Below, piece after piece: positions 30,338-38,789 of a stretch of 64,000 nt of DNA (within the stretch, counting starts at the first letter, position 1; each line of letters begins with the position of its first letter). The notes under the pieces were generated by a model. That model had not been told where the DNA came from. It worked only from the letters and a program-made list of their open reading frames with translations, and did no database searches. The position numbers and the translations under genes are program-made. This stretch comes from Candidatus Iainarchaeum sp. (GTDB taxonomy: Archaea; Iainarchaeota; Iainarchaeia; Iainarchaeales; JAZDFD01): positions 19,817 to 83,816 of the forward strand of contig JAZDFD010000026.1 of assembly GCA_043808155.1 (NCBI GenBank), given 5' to 3'.

Positions 30338-31438
30338 CTAACCCCTTGGTATTCTTGGTTTTCTTTTTGGAAAATGTGGTTTTTCTTTGCCCTCTACAAT
30401 TCTTTTTGCTTCTTCACTTTCACGAGGGTCTGTTGGACTTGTTAATCCTGCAACAATTTCTCTTGCTCTTGCTGTGCTCATTGTGACTGGCTCTGCAGGA
30501 AATCTTTCTCTTGACTTTTCCCTTTCAGTTTTAGATTTTTTAAGTGTTTCATTCAGCTCTAAAGCGCTATGCCTGCCTCCTTCGGTACTAAATATCCGCA
30601 TTAACATTCCAGCATACATCAAAGCCACTGCTTCAGGAACTTTAAAGTGTTGTTGTATTAATGTCGTGGCTTCTGCTTCATTTTTAACAGTTGAAAGTTT
30701 TATGAAAAGTTGATGATGTCTCGCAGTAAGAATTTGAACTTGATCTAACAGGGGGAGTTTTTGGAAACCTTCTGCTCTTTTGTGTCTTTTTTTATGAAGC
30801 CCGACTTCAACAGAAAGTTTCTCTTCAGTAATTTTGCCACCAACAAATTTAAGCATTAAAAAATAGTTTCCCATATTACTGTGCGCTTGGTCTAGATTGT
30901 TTAATTTTGAATACACATTCTCATTTAATTCAACTACTGCTTGTTTTCTGCCTGTTTTTGTTGTTCTTTCCTTAACATTCCAGTGAGCAATTGCACTTTT
31001 GGGAATTAGCAAATCGCGAGAAATACTGCCTCCTTCGTGTGGATGTTTTGTTTTAGCAACACCAACTATTCTTTCTGCTCTTTTCCAGTCTTGATTACTT
31101 ATTCTGAAAAATTGGTTATTAAAAATCTTAACATAAGGTTGCTTGACCGCAGTTCCCCGTACTCTAATTTTTTCGGGGTCGGTTAATACAGTTTGGGTAA
31201 TCTGAAGATTGCAAATCTGATTTGGCTTTGCTTTGTTTGTGAAAGCTATGTCAGTGAAATATCCTTTCTCAAATTTTGCATTTTTCACTAATCCGAGAAG
31301 CTGAAGGCTTGTTTCTCCTTTAGTGCCTTTTCTGCTTGAAGTTTTTAGCACAAATCTTTCAATAAACTCCTCAGGCGTTTTGCATCTTTTCATTGCAGCT
31401 AAAAGTGTTAGGGACATAGAAAAAGTATGATTATACAA
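30338..31438 (-). CDS. hypothetical basic protein (orphan)
   Basis: 366-aa ORF with a K/R-rich C-terminus (KPHFPKRKPRIPRG). I recognise no motif. Sits between ribBA and guaB. Confidence 0.5.
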   Translation of the reverse strand: MYNHTFSMSLTLLAAMKRCKTPEEFIERFVLKTSSRKGTKGETSLQLLGLVKNAKFEKGYFTDIAFTNKAKPNQICNLQITQTVLTDPEKIRVRGTAVKQPYVKIFNNQFFRISNQDWKRAERIVGVAKTKHPHEGGSISRDLLIPKSAIAHWNVKERTTKTGRKQAVVELNENVYSKLNNLDQAHSNMGNYFLMLKFVGGKITEEKLSVEVGLHKKRHKRAEGFQKLPLLDQVQILTARHHQLFIKLSTVKNEAEATTLIQQHFKVPEAVALMYAGMLMRIFSTEGGRHSALELNETLKKSKTEREKSRERFPAEPVTMSTARAREIVAGLTSPTDPRESEEAKRIVEGKEKPHFPKRKPRIPRG

Positions 31439-31459
31439 CTATAAAAAGATTCTGTTAGT

Positions 31460-32908
31460 TTAAGGATAATTAGGTGCTTCTTCTGTGATGTTAATATCAT
31501 GAGGATGCCCCTCTTTGAGCCCTGCGTTTGTGACTCTTACAAACTTTGCTTTCTTTTGCATTTCTGAGATGTTATGCGCACCAACCATGCCCATTCCTGC
31601 CTGCACGCCTCCCAGAAGCTGGTAAATCATTTCTTTTAATGAGCCTTTGTAGGGCACAATTCCTTCAATTCCTTCTGGAACTAATTTTTTTACGTCCATT
31701 GTTTCTTTTTGGAAGTATCTGTCTCTTGCACCTTCATCTTTTGTCATTGCACTGATTGAACCCATGCCCCTGTATTGTTTGAATTTTCTATTGTTCAGAT
31801 AAACAGTTCTTCCCGGAGTTTCATCCGTACCTGCAAAAATAGAACCAATCATTACTGAACTTGCGCCTGCGCCAATTGCTTTTGCAATATCACCGGAGTA
31901 TCTTAAACCCCCGTCTGCAATTATTGGCACTTTAGATTTTTCAGCTGCTTTTGCACAATCCTGAATTGCAGTAAACTGAGGCATGCCTGCACCAGTAATA
32001 ACTCTTGTTGTACAGATTGCACCCGGACCAACACCGACTTTTACTGCATCTGCACCAGCGGAAATTAAATCATGTACTGCTTCTGCTGTTGCAGCATTTC
32101 CTGCAATAACCTGAATATTAAAATTATTTTTTAACTTTCTTACACCCTGCACAACTGACTTTGCATGTCCGTGTGCAGTATCAATAACAAAAACATCAGT
32201 ATCCTGTTCAATTAGTTTTTTAACTCTGTCAAAATCACCTGGTCCGATTGCAGCACCAACTTTTAATCTGCCTTTTGCATCTTTCAATGCATTTGGATTT
32301 TCTGCGCTTTTCTTAATATCTGCAGTTGTAATCAATCCTTTTAATTCATTTTTTGAATTCACAATTGGCAGTTTCTCAATTCTGTGTTCATGCATAATCT
32401 GTTTTGCTTTTTCCATCTTAACTTCTTTATTAACAGTAATCAAATCTTTGCTCATAACTTCATTTACTTTCTTTTTGAAGTTAGTTTCAAATCTTAAATC
32501 TCTGTTTGTAACAATCCCGACTAATTTTCCTTTTGAAACTACGGGAAATGATGAAAAATTATGTAATTTTTTAAGTTCAAATATTTTTGCAAGTGTGTCT
32601 TCAGGTGAAACAGTTACAGGATTAGTTATTACCCATATTTCACTTCGTTTAACTTTGCTAACTTGTTCTGCCTGTTCTTCCGGACTCATGTTTCTGTGAA
32701 TAATTCCAATACCGCCCTGCTGTGCCATAACAATTGCAGTTTTGTATTCAGTAACAGTATCCATTGCCGCACTTACTAAGGGTATATTCATGTCAATTTT
32801 TTTAGTAAGCTTGGTTTTCAAATCCACATCGTGGGGATGAACAGAAGAAGCCATCGGAATAAGGAGTACATCATCAAATGTTAGTCCGAGTTTTGTTTCA
32901 CCGCGCAT
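31460..32908 (-). CDS. guaB: IMP dehydrogenase
   Basis: 482 aa. GGIGIIH, a CBS pair, [18 protein letters not shown]. Confidence 0.92.
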   Translation of the reverse strand: MRGETKLGLTFDDVLLIPMASSVHPHDVDLKTKLTKKIDMNIPLVSAAMDTVTEYKTAIVMAQQGGIGIIHRNMSPEEQAEQVSKVKRSEIWVITNPVTVSPEDTLAKIFELKKLHNFSSFPVVSKGKLVGIVTNRDLRFETNFKKKVNEVMSKDLITVNKEVKMEKAKQIMHEHRIEKLPIVNSKNELKGLITTADIKKSAENPNALKDAKGRLKVGAAIGPGDFDRVKKLIEQDTDVFVIDTAHGHAKSVVQGVRKLKNNFNIQVIAGNAATAEAVHDLISAGADAVKVGVGPGAICTTRVITGAGMPQFTAIQDCAKAAEKSKVPIIADGGLRYSGDIAKAIGAGASSVMIGSIFAGTDETPGRTVYLNNRKFKQYRGMGSISAMTKDEGARDRYFQKETMDVKKLVPEGIEGIVPYKGSLKEMIYQLLGGVQAGMGMVGAHNISEMQKKAKFVRVTNAGLKEGHPHDINITEEAPNYP

Positions 32909-32995
32909 TTAAAACGCCTTTTACTTATACTTGTATATATAGATTTATAAATACTTTACCTAAAGTGTTATTGGGGTTAAAATAGGAGATTTTGA

Positions 32996-34263
<1,268 letters not shown>

Positions 34264-34284
34264 AATAAGTGATATTTTTCTGAT

Positions 34285-34704
34285 TCACTTCTTTTTCAAC
34301 AAACTGCTTTTATAGTTCTCAGGTTCGAAAGAATTAATCCTCACAACATCTAATTTCCAGCCAAGAAGATTTGCTCTCTGTTTAATTGTTTCGGCATTTT
34401 CTTTCTGGTCATAACCAAGTGCAATAACATCAGGTCTGTAATCCTCAACAATTTTGAATTTGTTTGAATTCTTTAGTGAATTCCCTAACACAACAGAATC
34501 TGCAATACCCAAAGCTTCAACATCTTTTTTTCTCTGCTCTTCATTATGACGTGGGGGTTTGCCTTTAATTGTTTCAATAGTTTCATCTCTTGCAATAACA
34601 ATAACTAAGTCAGTTCCAAGTTTTTTAGCTTCTCTTAAGTAGTGTTCATGCCCTTTATGAACCAAATCAAAAGAACCAAATGCTAAAACTCGTTTTTTGG
34701 ACAT
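34285..34704 (-). CDS. cytidylyltransferase-fold nucleotidyltransferase, archaeal FAD synthetase (RibL)-like
   Basis: 139 aa. AFGSFDLVHKGHEHYL is the (H/T)xGH nucleotidyltransferase motif. Size and layout are like RibL. Confidence 0.6.
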   Translation of the reverse strand: MSKKRVLAFGSFDLVHKGHEHYLREAKKLGTDLVIVIARDETIETIKGKPPRHNEEQRKKDVEALGIADSVVLGNSLKNSNKFKIVEDYRPDVIALGYDQKENAETIKQRANLLGWKLDVVRINSFEPENYKSSLLKKK

Positions 34705-34771
34705 GTTTATCTCACTTTAATACCTGTAAAAGAACACTTTTTTATATACTTATAGCTTCTTTAATTATACT

Positions 34772-35725
34772 ATGATTACAGACCCAAAAGAAAAACTAGC
34801 GCTCATTAAAAGAAACACAGCTGAAGTAGTTACAGAACGAGAACTTGAAACATTAGTCCGAACTGTGGAAAAACCTGTTGTTTACTGCGGTTATGAGCCT
34901 TCAGGACCTGTGCATTTGGGGCACATGGTTACTATTTCCAAATTAATTGATTTTGAAAATGCAGGCTTTAAAGTAAAAATTCTAATGGCTGACTGGCACG
35001 CATGGTTAAATAGAAAAGGCGACTGGGATTTTATAAGAAACGCAGCAAAAGAATGGGAAAAAGCATTCAAGAGATTAGGTCTGAAAAATGCAGAATATAT
35101 TTTAGGCAGTTCTTTTCAGATGAAAGAAGAATATATCACAGATGTTTTTGAATTAGCTGAGGAAATTTCAGTTTCGAGAGCACTACGTTCAATGCAGACT
35201 GTTGCACGGGAATCTGAAAATGCAAAAGCGTCTCAGATGATTTATCCTTTAATGCAGATTGCAGATATTAAACATCTTAAAGTAGATGCAGTTGAAGCAG
35301 GAATTGAGCAGAGAAAAATTTACATGCTTGCGAGAGAACACATTTCACGAATTGGTTACAAAAAACTTCCTTATGTTTACACTCCTTTAATTAATTCATT
35401 ATTGGGTCCGGGAGATAAAATGTCTTCTTCAATTCCCAATTCAATGATTTCAACTGAGGATGATGCTGCTTCAATTAAAGATAAAATCAAAAAAGCATAC
35501 TGCAAAGAAAAAGAATTAGACGGAAATCCAATTTTGGAAATTGCCCGCTATGTTGTGATGCCAAGAACTAAAGAACTGATAATCCCGCGACCAAAAAAAT
35601 ACGGCGGAAAATTAATTTTCACATCACAGGAAGAAATTGAACGTTCCTTCAGAGCAGGCGAATTACACCCAATGGATTTGAAAACTGCTGTTGCTGAACA
35701 TCTGATTAAGATTTTGAAGAAGTAG
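34772..35725 (+). CDS. tyrS: tyrosyl-tRNA synthetase (archaeal type)
   Basis: 317 aa. GYEPSGPVHLGH (HIGH motif) and KMSSS (KMSKS motif). Confidence 0.9.
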   Translation: MITDPKEKLALIKRNTAEVVTERELETLVRTVEKPVVYCGYEPSGPVHLGHMVTISKLIDFENAGFKVKILMADWHAWLNRKGDWDFIRNAAKEWEKAFKRLGLKNAEYILGSSFQMKEEYITDVFELAEEISVSRALRSMQTVARESENAKASQMIYPLMQIADIKHLKVDAVEAGIEQRKIYMLAREHISRIGYKKLPYVYTPLINSLLGPGDKMSSSIPNSMISTEDDAASIKDKIKKAYCKEKELDGNPILEIARYVVMPRTKELIIPRPKKYGGKLIFTSQEEIERSFRAGELHPMDLKTAVAEHLIKILKK

Positions 35726-35830
35726 TTATCACTGCAAAGCAATAAACGCATAAATCAATGCTTATTAAGTATTATGCTCAATGCATAATCTTTATATAGT
35801 TTAATGTACATTTAATATGCAGGTGATAAC

Positions 35831-36067
35831 ATGAATGTAAATCTTGGAATCCCTTATGAAGCAATTGTAAACAAAGCTATAGACAAGGGTTATGCAGGCA
35901 ATCAAACAGAAGTTATAAGACAAGCCCTGCTTGCTTATGATAGAATACTGGAAGAAGAGGAAAAAGAACTTGTTGCCAAGGCAATTAAAATAGAAATGAG
36001 TGAAGTAAAAGCAGGTAACATTAAAACAAAATCTTTTGATGCAATGAAAAAAAAGTTCAAGTGGTAA
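35831..36067 (+). CDS. ribbon-helix-helix antitoxin (TA pair 1)
   Basis: 78 aa. N-terminal RHH pattern (NLGIPYEAIVNKAIDKGYAGNQTEVIRQALL). The stop is 1 nt before the toxin start. Confidence 0.65.
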   Translation: MNVNLGIPYEAIVNKAIDKGYAGNQTEVIRQALLAYDRILEEEEKELVAKAIKIEMSEVKAGNIKTKSFDAMKKKFKW

Positions 36068-36068
36068 A

Positions 36069-36329
36069 ATGGAAGTAAAGATTCTTGAAACCGCTGAAAA
36101 AGAGCTTGAAAAAATAGTTAACCCCCTAAACAAGCAGTTCGGAAAACATATTGAAAAAATTGCTTCAAATGAAACAAGCAGACACCTGAAACATGGTTTG
36201 CAGTATTTCACCGAAAATGTTACAAAACAGGCTAGAATTGTTTACTATTTTGAGGAAAAAACTATTTATGTAATGCACTGCTTCAAAAACCACAAAGAAT
36301 ACGAAAGATGGTATAAATCATTTAAATAA
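36069..36329 (+). CDS. RelE/ParE-superfamily-like toxin (TA pair 1)
   Basis: 86 aa. RHLKHGLQYF and NHKEYERWYKSF are shared with the second toxin at 42116-42379. Size and genetic coupling fit a type II toxin. Confidence 0.65.
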   Translation: MEVKILETAEKELEKIVNPLNKQFGKHIEKIASNETSRHLKHGLQYFTENVTKQARIVYYFEEKTIYVMHCFKNHKEYERWYKSFK

Positions 36330-36380
36330 GTTCTGGTTTTTTATTCTTTTGCCTCACTTCTAATTATAGCCATTATTGGC

Positions 36381-36442
36381 ATAATGCGAACGACGTGAGC
36401 AAGTGCTACCGAAGGTGCACACGCACTCGCCGGGCGCTCGGC
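36381..36442 (+). ncRNA. structured 5' leader of tRNA-Leu (L1): ATAATGCGA ... CGCCG-GGCGCT-CGGC(G) hairpin abutting tRNA position +1
   Basis: GC-rich in an AT-rich region. It starts with the same 9-mer (ATAATGCGA) and ends with the same hairpin as the leader of tRNA-Ala (63758-63825). Hairpin at 36428-36443. Confidence 0.45.
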
Positions 36443-36612
36443 GCACGGGTACCGAAGTGGTTAAACGGGACAGACTCAAAAAAACTTTTAGAAAAAGTTT
36501 TAGCAAAAGAAACTTTTCAGAAAAGTTTCATCAAAACTAAAGCTTTATCTTTATTGAATTTGAGAGATCTGTTGGCTTAGTGCCTCCGTAGGTTCGAATC
36601 CTGCCCCGTGCA
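36443..36612 (+). tRNA. tRNA-Leu(CAA), class II, with an 86-nt intron at the canonical 37/38 position (intron about 36481-36566)
   Basis: Hand-folded. Acceptor GCACGGG/CCCGTGC, anticodon stem ACAGA/TCTGT, loop CTCAAA|..|A, 15-nt variable arm, T arm GTAGG-TTCGAAT-CCTGC, discriminator A. The intron 3' end TTTGAG pairs with CTCAAA. No encoded CCA. Confidence 0.85.
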
Positions 36613-36709
36613 TAGCCGGTTTCGTCCGGCTGTACCGAGATATGTGCACTGTTGCTTTGTGCAACAGCGCAGTAATATTTTTCGGAAACTGTGTCATAGC
36701 AAAAAGCGT
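36613..36709 (+). ncRNA. conserved structured tRNA trailer module, copy T1
   Basis: UUCG-capped hairpin 36614-36631, the 12-mer CCGAGATATGTG at 36635-36646, hairpin GCACTGTTGC/GCAACAGCGC, GTAATAT, and TCGG closing on CCGA. About 87% identical to 63899-63994, with compensatory stem changes. Confidence 0.55.
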
Positions 36710-36775
36710 ACCCGATTTCTGCTTAGCAGAAATGGGCGCATTTCATCAGAGCTGAAATAGCGTGGCACCCGTACT

Positions 36776-36809
36776 CGCCGGACGTGACGGCGGAATCCTG
36801 CCCTGTACA
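36776..36809 (+). other. leader-type hairpin (L3) fused to a remnant of a tRNA 3' end
   Basis: CGCCG-GACGTGA-CGGCG is followed by GAATCCTGCCCTGTACA. That matches the tRNA-Leu 3' end GAATCCTGCCCCGTGCA (36596-36612) at 15 of 17 positions. No complete cloverleaf can be folded. Confidence 0.4.
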
Positions 36810-36939
36810 ATTTTCTGATTTATGAAGCGGTACGGATTAGCGAAATAGTAATTAGGGTTCGTGGGTGTGGGATTTCCTGTAGAATGAAAAGAATTAAATA
36901 AAAGAAGAACCACTATTTTTCTACTGAGTGAGTAATAAA

Positions 36940-37383
36940 ATGCCTGCGAAAAGACCAAAGTACATCTCAAAATTTAGTGCAAGAAGGCGAAGAGCTAATA
37001 CTGAAGCAAGAAAACAATTTCCGGAATGCGGAACCAAAGATGAAACATTTCAAATATTCCGCAATGCTTATCATGCGATAATTCTCGCTGAGGAATTCGG
37101 GGGGCTTAATTCTCCTGCAGTCAGAACAAAACTTCGTTTTATCCATCCAGAGGAACGCCTGCTTCTCCGAAAATATATCGCTAAAACAACCCGTGACCCA
37201 ATTCAGCGGCGGATTGTTTGGGAACTTTTAAAGCTTGAGAAAGAGCGTGGCAGATATATTTATCCTGACTTCCCAGAAGTGAAACTAACCAGACCGGAAA
37301 TTAATGCACTTAAAAAAGCACAGGCAGAAATTAATGAACATAAAAAGAAAAAGACTTCCACGCTTAAATTTAAAAGCAGATAA
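36940..37383 (+). CDS. hypothetical basic protein (orphan)
   Basis: ORF; I prefer ATG 36940 (MPAKRPKYISKF...) over the GTG at 36928. Its last ~20 nt belong to the duplicated cassette 37363-37432. Confidence 0.5.
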   Translation: MPAKRPKYISKFSARRRRANTEARKQFPECGTKDETFQIFRNAYHAIILAEEFGGLNSPAVRTKLRFIHPEERLLLRKYIAKTTRDPIQRRIVWELLKLEKERGRYIYPDFPEVKLTRPEINALKKAQAEINEHKKKKTSTLKFKSR

Positions 37384-37432
37384 AGCGTATTCTATGCATG
37401 AGAAAAATATTTTTACTTTTGATAATTTCTTT
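37363..37432 (+). repeat. 70-nt exact direct repeat, copy 1 (3' end of the upstream ORF, intergenic region, and signal-peptide start of a lipoprotein gene)
   Basis: CTTAAATTTAAAAGCAGATAAAGCGTATTCTATGCATGAGAAAAATATTTTTACTTTTGATAATTTCTTT is identical at 38720-38789. Weaker similarity continues about 60 nt further. Confidence 0.9.
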
Positions 37433-38624
37433 ATTGATTTTTGGATGTGTTGAAAATAATCTTCCTGGGAATGGAAGCGCAGATGATACGGATAATTTCA
37501 TGAATGATGCGGATAATTTGGATAATGGGGCAAATGAAAATACAAATAACATTGGGGATGAAAAAATTAAATCTGATGATTTGCAGGATACTCCAAGTGG
37601 GGATGGGATTTCTGAAGATGAAACCCAGGACGAGGATATTCAAAAATCTGCGTTAATACAATTGAACGAATTCGATATGTTAGACCAATACAAAAAGGAA
37701 TTTGTAAGAGATTTTGATATTCTTGAATGCCAGAGCAAAACTTATTTTACAGATGCCAGCATCACTGAGGTTATTGATTGGTATTATTCTGATCTGCCTT
37801 ATACCTTAGTTTCAAAAGATGTTTTTAATCCCCCAGAAAATCCGGATGTTGAAATAGGGTATCTCGTTTTTAAAAAAGAAAATACAGGAATATATATAGA
37901 TGTGCAGCCGGCTGAAACAATTCCTATAGCTACAGGCAAAACCTTAATCATCTATGCTGAATGCCCATGGGCTATGCTTAAGGAAGTGGTTGGTGATGTC
38001 AGCGGAGAGCTTGGTGTTGAAGGAGACATTGACTGGTCAGACGCTTATGTTTTTGAGGATCCGGAAGCTGATTTCTGGAAAGGAAGCGGTTCACCACCGG
38101 AAATAATAAACTATCCGCCATCAGACATTCTGAAAATATATGTAAAGAATGATGACGCTTATCTTTATGTTAAATATGAAGTAGCAGGACAAATACCTGC
38201 ATTGCCATACAAATATGGTGAAGACACAATAAGGATATTTACATATTTTACGCTTATAGATAAGGATCAAAATCCAAGCACAGGAATTAAGAATGGGTAT
38301 ACTGGTGCTGACCTTGCATTGGATTTTTGGTTTGGTTCCCCTCCAGAAGCAAATGGCAAGATGTATTCATTAATCCAATATGCTTTTTATGATCCTGCAG
38401 GAGAAGAGGAGCTCGGCTCGTTCAATGATGGCGGAACTCTGATTGCAGGAGGATTAGGATATACTTATGTGGCATCAAAGTATAAACTTGCAGACCTGGG
38501 ATTGAAAAAAGGCGATACCATCAATATTTTCCCTTTGATTGAAGTAGAAAGTGATTCCTACCATCACTTTGCCAGGGATGTATACAAAAAAGATGTTGAA
38601 TGGACTTCCATAAACATAAAGTAA
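37398..38624 (+). CDS. lipoprotein, function unknown
   Basis: MRKIFLLLIISLLIFGC lipobox; 408 aa; acidic N-terminal linker. Confidence 0.65.
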   Translation: MRKIFLLLIISLLIFGCVENNLPGNGSADDTDNFMNDADNLDNGANENTNNIGDEKIKSDDLQDTPSGDGISEDETQDEDIQKSALIQLNEFDMLDQYKKEFVRDFDILECQSKTYFTDASITEVIDWYYSDLPYTLVSKDVFNPPENPDVEIGYLVFKKENTGIYIDVQPAETIPIATGKTLIIYAECPWAMLKEVVGDVSGELGVEGDIDWSDAYVFEDPEADFWKGSGSPPEIINYPPSDILKIYVKNDDAYLYVKYEVAGQIPALPYKYGEDTIRIFTYFTLIDKDQNPSTGIKNGYTGADLALDFWFGSPPEANGKMYSLIQYAFYDPAGEEELGSFNDGGTLIAGGLGYTYVASKYKLADLGLKKGDTINIFPLIEVESDSYHHFARDVYKKDVEWTSINIK

Positions 38625-38719
38625 CTTAGTTTAATAAAAAATAGAATTATTTAATTTCACTAGTGCTAGTTTAATCTCCTCAGGAGGACTAATTTCCTGT
38701 GAACATTCAAAGTGCTATA

Positions 38720-38789
38720 CTTAAATTTAAAAGCAGATAAAGCGTATTCTATGCATGAGAAAAATATTTTTACTTTTGATAATTTCTTT
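38720..38789 (+). repeat. 70-nt exact direct repeat, copy 2
   Basis: Identical to 37363-37432. It supplies the 5' UTR and the first 12 codons of the 38755 gene. Confidence 0.9.

Noticed and set aside
35801-36211. 136-aa minus-strand ORF overlapping the TA pair
   Set aside because: It is antisense to two well-formed, coupled TA genes. It has a Cys/Phe/Leu-rich nonsense-like composition and no start context.
36671-36680. GTAATATTTTT / CGATAATAT of the modules as TATA boxes (internal promoters)
   Set aside because: Recognisable promoters in this window use TTTAAA or TTTATAAA with fixed spacing. The module motif differs from these and is base-paired within a conserved structure. I cannot fully exclude it.
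36635-36685. Trailer core as a K-turn, H/ACA pocket, BHB motif, or hammerhead or HDV-like ribozyme
   Set aside because: There are no tandem G.A pairs, no ACA box, and no CUGAUGA...GAAA core. The 3-nt bulges flank the AUAU helix on the same strand rather than on opposite strands. The P1 strands are adjacent, which is not HDV topology. It remains unclassified rather than assigned.
36596-36809. The 15/17 duplication of the tRNA-Leu 3' end as attL/attR of an integrated element
   Set aside because: The two copies are only about 180 nt apart with no cargo genes between them, and no integrase is nearby. A decayed tandem tRNA unit explains it better. It is kept as an alternative in the findings.
36690-36810. 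Possible divergent 5S rRNA (GTCATAGC resembles loop A; CACCCGTACTCGCCGGAC resembles the CCCGUACCCAUCCCGAAC region)
   Set aside because: I could not form helix I between the ends. The order and spacing of elements do not fit the 5S three-way junction. The same CGCCG hairpin recurs as a tRNA leader, and the GTCATAGC segment pairs differently in the tRNA-Ala copy.
36395-36970. Track ORFs 36395-36580 (+) and 36746-36970 (-)
   Set aside because: They overlap tRNA-Leu (with its intron) and the structured trailer region. They are explained by RNA features.
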